In this document: positions 9,013 through 16,688 of the stretch, in pieces
Layout of the letters: each line of letters starts with the position of its first letter
How positions within the stretch are numbered: position 1 is the stretch's first letter
NCBI GenBank assembly: GCA_964450395.1
Contig: CAYVGE010000003.1
Location: forward strand, 1 to 53,163
Source: an uncultured Actinomycetota bacterium
GTDB taxonomy: Bacteria; Actinomycetota; Nitriliruptoria; Euzebyales; JAHELV01
DNA: 53,163 nucleotides
Reading direction: 5' to 3'
Made by a program: the position numbers and the translations under genes
The notes under the pieces: generated by a model
The model's input: only the letters and a program-made list of their open reading frames with translations
What the model was told of the DNA's origin: nothing
The model's database searches: none

Positions 9013-10400
9013 CCCCGCTGCTGATCGTCGGTGACAGCCTGCTCGACCGTGACCTCGACGGTCGCGTCGAGCGCCTGGCCCCCGACGCCCCCGTGCCGGT
9101 CGTGGACCAGCCGGCCGACCGCGCCCGCCCGGGTGGTGCAGCGCTCGCCGCGCTGCTGGCGGCGCGCGACGGCCGCGAGGTCGTCTTCGTCACGGCGCTG
9201 GGACCAGACGAGGCCGGCCGCACCGTCGCGAGCCTGCTGGCACGCGCGGGCGTGACCGTGCTGGACGTCGGCGCCGAAGGCCCGACCGGCCAGAAGGTGC
9301 GCGTGCACGCGGCCGGCACCCCGATGGTGCGGCTGGACCACGGGGGCGCCCACGACCGGGTCGGCGCCCCCGACGCGGCGGTGCTGGGCGCGATCCGTGG
9401 TGCGCGCACCGTGCTGGTCGCCGACTACGGGCGCGGGATCACCAGCCAGCCGCAGCTGCGGGCCGCACTGGCCGCCGTCGCCGAAGCGGGTGGCCGGGTC
9501 GTGTGGGATCCGCACCCGCGTGGACCGGCGCCCGTACCGCACACCCGCCTCGTGACCCCGAACCTGGCCGAGGCACGTCAGGCCGCAGGCTCCGACGCGA
9601 CCGGCCTGGGCGCCGTCGCCGAGGCCGCCGCGGTGCTGCGGGCGCGCTGGGAGACCGCCGGCGTCGCCGTGACCCTCGGCGAACGCGGCGCCGTGCTCGT
9701 CGGGGCCGACGGCACCCCGCTGATGGTGCCGGCCCGCCGCCTGCAGGGCGCCTCGGACCCCTGTGGTGCCGGCGACCGGTTCGCGGCGAGCGTCGCCGGG
9801 GCGATCGCCGACGGCGCGGTGCTCTCGGAGGCGGTCGTCGGCGGCGTGCGGGCGGCGACGGCGTTCGTCGCCGCGGGCGGCGCCGGCGCGGTCGACGCCG
9901 ACCGTCCGCCCGATGCCCTCACGGCAGTCCCCGCCGACGCCCCGCGGGCCGAGGACGTGGTCGCGGCCGTGCGGGCGCGCGGGGGCACGGTGGTCGCCAC
10001 CGGCGGGTGCTTCGACCTGCTGCACGCCGGGCACGTCCGGCTGCTGGCCGATGCCCGCGCCCTGGGCGACTGCCTGGTCGTGTGCCTCAACTCCGATGCG
10101 TCGGTGCACCGGTTGAAGGGCGCCGGCCGCCCAGTCGTGGGCGAGGCCGACCGGCGCGCGGTGCTGCTGGGGCTCGCGGCCGTCGACGCCGTCGCGGTCT
10201 TCGACGAGGACACGCCCGAGCACGTGCTCGCCCGGCTGCGCCCCGACCTGTGGGTGAAGGGCGGCGACTACGCGGTCGCCGACCTGCCCGAGGCCGACCT
10301 GCTCACCCGGTGGGGGGGCCGCGCGGTGGTCCTGCCGTACCTCGACGGGCGCTCGACGAGCGCCATGATCCGAAAGGCCGAACGCCATGTCAGACACTGA
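9009..10400 (+). CDS. hldE: Bifunctional D-beta-D-heptose 7-phosphate kinase / heptose 1-phosphate adenylyltransferase
   Basis: ATGA overlap at 9009. The N-terminal ribokinase-like domain shows 'DYGRG' and 'GAGDRF'. The C-terminal cytidylyltransferase domain shows 'GGCFDLLHAGHVRLL' (HxGH). Confidence 0.92.
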   Translation: MTPLLIVGDSLLDRDLDGRVERLAPDAPVPVVDQPADRARPGGAALAALLAARDGREVVFVTALGPDEAGRTVASLLARAGVTVLDVGAEGPTGQKVRVHAAGTPMVRLDHGGAHDRVGAPDAAVLGAIRGARTVLVADYGRGITSQPQLRAALAAVAEAGGRVVWDPHPRGPAPVPHTRLVTPNLAEARQAAGSDATGLGAVAEAAAVLRARWETAGVAVTLGERGAVLVGADGTPLMVPARRLQGASDPCGAGDRFAASVAGAIADGAVLSEAVVGGVRAATAFVAAGGAGAVDADRPPDALTAVPADAPRAEDVVAAVRARGGTVVATGGCFDLLHAGHVRLLADARALGDCLVVCLNSDASVHRLKGAGRPVVGEADRRAVLLGLAAVDAVAVFDEDTPEHVLARLRPDLWVKGGDYAVADLPEADLLTRWGGRAVVLPYLDGRSTSAMIRKAERHVRH

Positions 10401-11088
10401 GCGCACTGCGCTGGGGACCGTGCTCGTCACCGGCGGCGCGTCGGGCCTCGGCCGCGCCGTCGCCGAGGCCGTCGGCAAGGCCGGTGGCACACCCGTCGTG
10501 CTCGACGTCAACGAGCCGCCGGGTGCGCTCGCCTGGGAGCGGGTCGACCTGGCCGACGCCCGTGCCACCGAACGCGCCGTCGAGCAGGTCGCCCAGGAGC
10601 ACGGCGGGCTCGACGCGGTGGTCACCGCGGCGGGCGTCGACGCGTGCGGCGACCTGACCGACGTGGCCGGCGCCGACTGGGACCGCGTGATCGCGGTCAA
10701 CCTGATCGGCACGGCGGCGGTCGTGCGGGCGGCACTGCCGTCACTGCGTGAGCGCCGCGGGAAGGTCGTGACCGTCGCCTCGACGCTCGGGCTGCGGGCG
10801 CTGCCGGCCGCGACCGCCTACACGGCCAGCAAGTTCGGTGTCGTGGGCTTCACCCGCGCGCTGACGCTCGAGGTCGCCGGGCAGGTCGGCGTGACGATGT
10901 TGGTGCCGGGAGGCATGCGCACCGCGTTCTTCGACGACCGCCCCGAGCAGTTCAAGCCGGCCGTGGACCAGCAGCTCAACGCGCCGGAGGACGTCGCCCA
11001 GGCCGTGCTGTTCGCTCTGCGGCAGCCTCCCGGCTGCGAGGTGCGCGAACTGGTCGTGACGCCGTCGACCGAGCCGTCCTGGCCGTGA
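10387..11088 (+). CDS. Classical short-chain dehydrogenase/reductase (SDR)
   Basis: Overlaps the hldE 3' end by 14 nt. Motifs seen are 'TGGASGLGRAV', 'VTAAGV' and catalytic 'YTASKFGVVGF'. The protein is 233 aa. Confidence 0.9.
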   Translation: MSDTERTALGTVLVTGGASGLGRAVAEAVGKAGGTPVVLDVNEPPGALAWERVDLADARATERAVEQVAQEHGGLDAVVTAAGVDACGDLTDVAGADWDRVIAVNLIGTAAVVRAALPSLRERRGKVVTVASTLGLRALPAATAYTASKFGVVGFTRALTLEVAGQVGVTMLVPGGMRTAFFDDRPEQFKPAVDQQLNAPEDVAQAVLFALRQPPGCEVRELVVTPSTEPSWP

Positions 11089-12089
11089 GCGCGACGTCCG
11101 CCGCCCGGCGGCTGGTCGTGCTGCGGGCGCTGGGCCTCGGTGACCTGCTGACGGTCGTGCCCGCGCTGCGCGGCCTGCGTGCCGGCTTCCCCGACCACGA
11201 GCTGGTGCTCGCGGCACCGGCGATCTTCGCCCCGTTGGTCGACCTGGCCGGTGCCGTGGTCGACACCGTCGTCGACGTCGACTTCCGCGACCGGGTCGGC
11301 GTGCTGCCCGACGTGCTGACCGGACCCGACGTCGCCGTCAACCTGCACGGCCGGGGCCCCCAGAGCCATGCCGCCCTCGCGGCGCTGGGTCCGCGGCGGC
11401 TGCTGGCGTTCGCCGACCCCGACCACACCCCCGGCGGGCCGGGCTGGCGCGAGGACGAGCACGAGCGCCGGCGATGGTGTCGGCTGCTGGCACACCACGG
11501 GGTCGCCGCCGATCCCGACGACCTGTCCCTCGATCCGCCGCCGACACCCGGGGGCGAGCTCGACATCACCCGCTTCGCCGGCGCCACCGTGATCCACCCG
11601 GGGGCGGCCTCCGCCGCGCGCCGCTGGCCGATCGACCGCTGGGCTGCCGTGGCCCGTCACGAACGGGAGCACGGGCGCACCGTCGTGGTCACCGGCGGGA
11701 CCGACGAGAGCGGGCTGGCCGACGCCGTGGCGCGCTTCGCCGGCGTCGACGCGGGCGCGGTCCTCGCCGGCCGCACCGACGTCGTGGACCTGGCAGCGGT
11801 TGTGGCCGCGGCCGGTCGGGTCGTGTGCGGCGACACCGGGGTGGCGCACCTCGCGAGCGCCTTCGCCACCCCGTCCGTCGTGCTGTTCGGCCCGACGCCG
11901 CCCGCACGGTGGGGTCCGCCGGACGCGGCGCACCACGTCACGCTGTGGGCGGGCCGCGCGGGTGACCCCCACGGCGATGCGCCGGATCCTGGGCTGTTGG
12001 CGCTGACCGTCGACGACGTCCTCGACGCGCTCGAGGCGCTGCCGGCCCCCGGGCAGGCGACCCACCCGGTCGGCGCCGCCCGCCCGTGA
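11085..12089 (+). CDS. Glycosyltransferase family 9 (second heptosyltransferase-like paralog)
   Basis: GTGA overlap at 11085. Motifs seen are 'LVVLRALGLGDLLTVVPALRGL', 'VIHPGAASAARRWP' and 'VVCGDTGVAHLASAFATPSVVLFGP'. Confidence 0.88.
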   Translation: MSATSAARRLVVLRALGLGDLLTVVPALRGLRAGFPDHELVLAAPAIFAPLVDLAGAVVDTVVDVDFRDRVGVLPDVLTGPDVAVNLHGRGPQSHAALAALGPRRLLAFADPDHTPGGPGWREDEHERRRWCRLLAHHGVAADPDDLSLDPPPTPGGELDITRFAGATVIHPGAASAARRWPIDRWAAVARHEREHGRTVVVTGGTDESGLADAVARFAGVDAGAVLAGRTDVVDLAAVVAAAGRVVCGDTGVAHLASAFATPSVVLFGPTPPARWGPPDAAHHVTLWAGRAGDPHGDAPDPGLLALTVDDVLDALEALPAPGQATHPVGAARP

Positions 12090-12170
12090 CCGGCGCGCTA
12101 CCGTCCTTCCTGATCATCGGGGCGATGACGTGCGGCACCACCGCGCTGCACGGCCTGCTGGGCCAGGCTG
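12086..12170 (+). pseudogene. N-terminal stub of a sulfotransferase (5'-PSB loop region only)
   Basis: GTG 12086 forms a GTGA overlap with the GT9 stop. 'LPSFLIIGAMTCGTTALHGLLGQ' resembles the PAPS-binding start of sulfotransferases ('P.FLIIG..K.GTT.L'). Similarity ends after about 27 codons in all three frames. Confidence 0.4.
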
Positions 12171-12341
12171 GTCCGTCTGAGGAGACCGCCTGGCCGGGCG
12201 CCCAGGGTGTCGAATCGGGCGGCCGGCTGACGTGGCGCACGGCCGCGTGCGCCCCAGCACACCGTCAGGGGGCTGACGTGGCGCATCACCGGCCGTCGCA
12301 CGGGCAGGCTGCGCGCGCTACGACCCGACCAGGAGTGCAGC

Positions 12342-12506
12342 ATGAGCGACCACACGACCGACGACGACCCGGGTGGCGGCGGCCCACGTCACGAGGCCGA
12401 CGAGACGAGCTCGTCCGACGCCGGGCTCACCGGCGGTGAGGGTCTCGGGGATGCGGCGACCCCCGCGATCGCCCACGACGACGAGAGCGAGGGCGACGAG
12501 GGCTAG
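12342..12506 (+). CDS. Small acidic hypothetical protein (54 aa)
   Basis: AGGAG (12331-12335) lies 6 nt before the ATG. GC3 is high. The sequence is 'MSDHTTDDDPGGGGPRHEADETSSSDAGLTGGEGLGDAATPAIAHDDESEGDEG'. I recognise no homolog. Confidence 0.35.
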   Translation: MSDHTTDDDPGGGGPRHEADETSSSDAGLTGGEGLGDAATPAIAHDDESEGDEG

Positions 12507-12534
12507 GTGTACTGATCGGGGACGTTGATCAATC

Positions 12535-12626
12535 GCACGAAGGCGCCAGGACAGCTGGAAGCGGGCCGCGACCTCGCTGGTCGGCCACCCGTCATCGACG
12601 ACGAGACGAGCGACGATAAGACGGTG
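12535..12626 (-). mobile_element. Remnant of an IS481-family-type transposase N-terminal HTH
   Basis: The minus-strand translation 'RLIVARLVVDDGWPTSEVAARFQLSW' resembles the actinobacterial IS481 transposase N-terminus ('RLRLARCVVEDGWP.RRAAERFQVS'). A stop precedes it and no catalytic DDE part follows. Confidence 0.4.
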
Positions 12627-12634
12627 TCAGGGAG

Positions 12635-13408
12635 TCAGAGCAGCGTTTGGGTGAGGATTTCGGCTCCGTCGTTGGTGATTGCGATCGTGTGCTCACCGTG
12701 CGCTGTCCGGCAGCCTGTCGCGCTTCGGAGGGTCCAGCCGTCGGCATCGGTGACGAGCTCGGCGGTGTCCGCCATGACCCACGGCTCCAGTGCCAGCAGC
12801 AGCCCAGGGCGCAGCCTGTATCCACGGCCGGGCCGTCCGGTGTTCGAAACGGGCGGGTCCTGGTGCATCGTTGATCCGATGCCATGACCTCCGAACTCGG
12901 TGTTGATCGGGTACCCCGCCACGCTGAGGACCGAGCCGATGGCATGGGAGATGTCACCGATGCGAGCTCCGGGGCCGGCAGCGGCTATCCCTGCGTACAG
13001 CGCGCGTTCGGTCGCGTTGATCATCGCGACGCTCTCCGGGGGCTTCGCGTCGCCCACGATGAAGCTGATGGCGGAGTCTGCAGCGACTCCGTCTTTGGAG
13101 ACGGCGAGGTCGAGCGTCAGCAGGTCGCCGTCGGCAAGCGTGTAGTCGTATGGCAGTCCGTGGAGCACGGCGTCGTTGACGGCCGTGCAGATGTAGTGGC
13201 CGAACGGCCCGCGTCCGAAGGACGGCTCGTAGTCGACGTAGCAGGACTGCGCTCCAGCCTCGACGATCATGGTCTCCGCCCACCGATCGATGTCCAGGAG
13301 GCTCGTGCCGACCGCGCTACGGCTCTTCAGTGTCCGCAAGATGTCAGCGACCAGGGCGCCGGTGTCCCTTGCTCGGGCCAGTTCGGTGGGGTTCAGGATC
13401 TCAACCAT
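12635..13408 (-). CDS. map: Type I methionine aminopeptidase (M24A), paralog in accessory context
   Basis: All five metal ligands are recognisable: 'LTLDLAV' (D), 'AADSA' (D), 'GGHGIG' (H), 'LALEPW' (E) and 'HGEHTIAIT' (E). ATG is at 13408, with an alternative TTG at 13432. Confidence 0.9.
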   Translation of the reverse strand: MVEILNPTELARARDTGALVADILRTLKSRSAVGTSLLDIDRWAETMIVEAGAQSCYVDYEPSFGRGPFGHYICTAVNDAVLHGLPYDYTLADGDLLTLDLAVSKDGVAADSAISFIVGDAKPPESVAMINATERALYAGIAAAGPGARIGDISHAIGSVLSVAGYPINTEFGGHGIGSTMHQDPPVSNTGRPGRGYRLRPGLLLALEPWVMADTAELVTDADGWTLRSATGCRTAHGEHTIAITNDGAEILTQTLL

Positions 13409-13440
13409 GCGCCGCCCGTCTCGCGCTACCAATAACTATC

Positions 13441-13474
13441 CCGGCCATACTATACCGGTACTATAATCGGAGCC
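13441..13474. promoter_or_regulatory. Shared divergent control region with symmetric TACTATA-CCGG-TACTATA element and a TATAAT box
   Basis: 'CATACTATACCGGTACTATAATCGGAGCC' precedes the ATG. TATAAT (13462-13467) ends 7 nt before ATG 13475, which implies a leaderless XRE transcript. The palindromic core TACCGGTA is present. The reverse strand reads TATAGT twice toward map. Confidence 0.4.
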
Positions 13475-13777
13475 ATGGTCAGGTTGCCGCTCACTCCCGC
13501 AGAGGTCGAGCGCGGGCAGCGCCTCGGCGCCCTCCTGCGTCGGGCCAGGGGGGAGCGCTCGATGCTCGACACCGCGCTCGATGCAGGTGTCTCGCCGGAG
13601 ACCCTTCGGAAGATCGAGTCCGGTCGCGTAGCCACCCCTGCCTTCCCGACCATCGCGGCGATCGCCGATGTCCTCAGCCTTTCCCTCGATGACGTGTGGG
13701 CCGAGATCAACCAGCCTGACGGCGAGGTCGAACCCACAAGATCAGGTCGCTACGCACGCGAGCGGTCTGCTTCGTGA
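13475..13777 (+). CDS. XRE-family helix-turn-helix transcriptional regulator (100 aa)
   Basis: The HTH reads 'LRRARGERSMLDTALDAGVSPETLRKIESGR' followed by 'IAAIADVLSLSLDDV'. Confidence 0.88.
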   Translation: MVRLPLTPAEVERGQRLGALLRRARGERSMLDTALDAGVSPETLRKIESGRVATPAFPTIAAIADVLSLSLDDVWAEINQPDGEVEPTRSGRYARERSAS

Positions 13778-14437
13778 GTCTCGGACCCGCAGATCCGTTG
13801 CAGGTGCCGACGGCAGAGAGCCCGTGGGCGCGGTGCTCAACCAGTGTCCCCGGTCAGTACAGCTAGGGCGAGGGCTGGAGCGACCAGAGCGAGGACGACG
13901 TGCCGGGGCGAGGGGCGAACCCACCGAGCCCGCTCCGAACCCTGCCGCGTGCCGTTCGCCGCCCTCCGCCGTCGTTGTGCGCGCCGGCCGATGATGGACG
14001 TCCCGGGCCCGGGGCCGGCTGTTCGGGGCGCACGCGTGCGCCACCGGCGGTGTGCCGGTGGCGCAGCTGTGTGGTCGCAGAGGGTGGCGGCGGGTGAGGT
14101 CAGAAGGGCAGCGGGTCGGCGCGCCGTCTGCGGTTTGGTGGCTCGGGGGACCGGTTGGGGTGGTGCCGGTGATCGGGTCGGGTGGGGTTGTCGTCGGTGG
14201 GGCCGGCCGGGGGGTGGTGGTCGGCTGGGTTGTGATCCGGTGTGGGGAAGTCGGGGGTGGGAGTGCAGCGTGACGCCGTGGCGGGTGACGTGGCCGACAC
14301 CGGGCAGGGTGCCGACATGGAAATTCATGAGCACGAGACCGTCGAGGAGCTACGCGCCGAGAACGCGCGGCTGCTGGACGAGCTGCGACGGGTGACCGAC
14401 AGCTGACCGCGATACGCGCGATCGCTGGGATGGATCG

Positions 14438-14620
14438 GTGAACGCCGAACGGCTGGCGTATCTCGTGTCGCGGTCGCTGACCGCCGAGCACGACGTCGCG
14501 TCGGTGACCCGCAACGTCCACACCGTCTACCGCGACCGCATCGCCCTCTCACTGGTCGACACTGACGGGGATCGGTGGCGGTTGTATGTGCTCAGGGAGC
14601 CGTGGTCCCGGCCCGGATAA
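14438..14620 (+). CDS. Small hypothetical protein (60 aa), intact copy of a locally duplicated ORF
   Basis: GTG start. The sequence is 'MNAERLAYLVSRSLTAEHDVASVTRNVHTVYRDRIALSLVDTDGDRWRLYVLREPWSRPG'. A paralogous decayed copy lies at 15575-15760. Confidence 0.4.
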   Translation: MNAERLAYLVSRSLTAEHDVASVTRNVHTVYRDRIALSLVDTDGDRWRLYVLREPWSRPG

Positions 14621-14759
14621 CCCAGACACCATCCCAACACAGGAGCCGTCACCCCACAGGAAGGGGCCCACGGCGGGGGTGCGTGCCCTGGGCCCCTGTG
14701 AGGTCAGCCGCGCTGGAAGGCGGCGGCAGCCGCCCCTCGTCTCCTGTTCCTGGTCGGCT

Positions 14760-15275
14760 CTACGGCTCTGCCAACACGTCGCACAGTTGCGGGAACGGGC
14801 CGTCGTTGAACTGCCCTGCCTGGAAGACAAGGTCGGGCTCCTCGTCTTCAGGCCCGCTGAAGAAGAACACAACCCGGCCCACGTCGGCCGCCTGTGGAGG
14901 TCCGCCGCCCACGATCAGGTGACCGGAAAGCCCCGTGACCGCCACAACGGCCGAGCCATCCGGATTGATGGTCGCGTGCACAACGCCCGGCGAAACCGTT
15001 GAGATCGACTCGCCGGTCTCCGCATTCGTGAAGGTCACCCGAAACCTCGGAAAGACCTGCAACTCACGGATCACGTTCCCCGCTTGATCGAAGAAAACCT
15101 TGGTACGGACGTCACCTTCGACGTTGACGATAACCGGAAAGCTGCATTCGTCTTCGATCACGAACTCGTCGTCGACGTGCTCAACGGAGTGCTCCGGTGG
15201 AACCGCTGTCGCGAACCCGCCAGGGCCAAGCACGGCGACGGTCGTGAGGACGAAGAGCAGCGCAAGTCTACGCAT
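14760..15275 (-). CDS. Secreted hypothetical protein (171 aa)
   Basis: AGGAGG lies 6 nt upstream of ATG 15275. The signal peptide reads 'MRRLALLFVLTTVAVLGPGGFATA|VPPEH'. The mature part is beta-rich. Confidence 0.7.
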   Translation of the reverse strand: MRRLALLFVLTTVAVLGPGGFATAVPPEHSVEHVDDEFVIEDECSFPVIVNVEGDVRTKVFFDQAGNVIRELQVFPRFRVTFTNAETGESISTVSPGVVHATINPDGSAVVAVTGLSGHLIVGGGPPQAADVGRVVFFFSGPEDEEPDLVFQAGQFNDGPFPQLCDVLAEP

Positions 15276-15574
15276 GAACCCCTCCTTCGTTCGCCTCCCA
15301 TGGAGGCGTTGCCGCAAGGATCTCGTCGCCCTGATGCGCCGGACTCCCCGGCTGCGCCTCCTCACCTTGCGTGACGGGTTCTGGGCTAGGGGGCGCGTGC
15401 CCGGCCGTCACCAACCCCCGCTTCGAGCAACAAGCCGCCACAACCTACCTCGGCTTCGCCGGCTTGGCTATCGCCTCGTTGCCGTCGCTCGTGAACGTAA
15501 AGCTGAGGAGTCAGCGCGCCGGGGTCTGCCCTGTGCCGACCGCCGCCGCACCCGCTCCGCTTACTGGACGACCG

Positions 15575-15760
15575 ATGCGCCGTCGTTACTCGCGTGAGCT
15601 CGAACAACTCGCAGTGTTCGAGCCCCTCGTGCCTCGGTCCGCCGGGCGCACACGGTGTATCGGGACCGCATCGCGTTGTCGGGGTCGACACCGACGGCGA
15701 CCGGTGGCAAGTCCATGTGCTTCGCGAACCGTGGAGCGCGCCGGCATACCCGGCTGGTGG
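15575..15760 (+). pseudogene. Frameshifted second copy of the 14438-14620 mini-ORF
   Basis: About 95 nt (15650-15745) align to 14515-14615 by eye. The peptide pieces 'RELEQLAVFEPLV', 'TVYRDRIALS' and 'VDTDGDRWQVHVLREPWSAP' lie in three different frames. Confidence 0.4.
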
Positions 15761-16280
15761 AGTTCGTTGGCCGCAACCCGCTGACGGTGGCGTGGGTGAG
15801 GGCGGTGATCTGTCTCGCGATCGTGGTCGCCGCCGTCACCTGAATTTGCGGGGTGCGGGCGACTGGCGTACCGTCTCGCAACCCCCATAGAGGCCGTCGA
15901 CACTGGGTCCGCCCGTCGGCGGCCTCACCCGTGACAGACACCATGCAACCTCAAGGAGCAACCAGGGGGGCGTCTGGAGCCGCCCAAGACCGCGTCGAGC
16001 ACGGACGTGTTCGCCCGGTCCCCGCGCCCCACGGTGGCGCTACGTCCACGCTCCAGCCACGCTCGCAGGCCGATGACCTAAGCGACCGGTAGTTACCGCC
16101 TGTGAGCTTCACGTTGCCGAATTCGATGGTGACATCGTCGCGCGCATCGGTCATGGTGCTCATCAGACCCCGCGTCGCTACAGACATTCTTTGGAAGCGG
16201 GCGAAACCGGCGTACGGGCGACGCCGTATCTGGCGTGTCCTTGTGCCGGCTGACACAGAAGACGGCTGAACGGAGACGTC

Positions 16281-16571
16281 ATGCTACGGCGGGCAATCAT
16301 CATCGCGGTCATCGCGACCTTCGCAGTGCTTCTTCCGGCTGCGGCGAGCTTTGCCACCATCCACCCCATCGTCGAATCGTTCGACTGCGCGAACGAACAG
16401 GCCTTCGAGCACCACCCTCTCGGAGATCCGGCCGATCCCCCCGGCCAGACCCCAGGAGTGGGCAGTCACTCGGATCAGAGCACGTTGCGAGCAGTCCAGG
16501 AGGCGATCGATACGCCTGCGTCATTCGGGCACAAGCTCGACGGAACCTGCGGTGCGGTGGGCCGACCCTAG
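16281..16571 (+). CDS. Small secreted hypothetical protein (96 aa)
   Basis: GGAG lies 6 nt upstream of the ATG. The signal peptide reads 'MLRRAIIIAVIATFAVLLPAAASFA'. Two Cys are present in the mature part. Confidence 0.6.
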   Translation: MLRRAIIIAVIATFAVLLPAAASFATIHPIVESFDCANEQAFEHHPLGDPADPPGQTPGVGSHSDQSTLRAVQEAIDTPASFGHKLDGTCGAVGRP

Positions 16572-16591
16572 GCCTGACTGATAGGTCGCGG

Positions 16592-16619
16592 TAGGCCCGG
16601 GGCGAACACCCCGGGCCTA
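16592..16619. terminator. Stem-loop between convergent genes
   Basis: TAGGCCCGGGG (16592-16602) pairs with CCCCGGGCCTA (16609-16619) across the loop cgaaca. This gives a perfect 11-bp stem. Confidence 0.55.
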
Positions 16620-16688
16620 ATCCGTGCGGCAGCTTCCTCCCGAGAGCGGCCACGTCGGTCAGAGCCGTTCACTCGTGATGTCCGGCGC

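Noticed and set aside
8712-10712. 666-aa minus-strand ORF over gmhA/hldE/SDR
   Set aside because: It is antisense to three conserved pathway genes and has no motifs.
14317-14406. 29-codon coiled-coil-like mini-ORF 'MEIHEHETVEELRAENARLLDELRRVTDS'
   Set aside because: It is too short and has no clear RBS. It resembles leucine-zipper pieces of IS3/IS481-type OrfA proteins, so it may be another transposase scrap. It is mentioned only within the duplication finding.
13742-14521. Pro/Thr/Arg-rich minus-strand ORFs (259 aa, 165 aa, 72 aa) in the G-rich tract
   Set aside because: Three overlapping frames are all open and all low-complexity. No start context or domain is present. I treated them as non-coding or relic sequence and kept the tract only as a compositional observation.
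15951-16256. 101-aa minus-strand ORF ('MSTMTDARDDVTIEFGNVKLTGGNY...')
   Set aside because: The first approximately 30 aa look protein-like, but the rest is Arg/Pro/Trp-rich. The RBS is weak and I recognise no family. It is possibly another gene fragment in the decayed patch.
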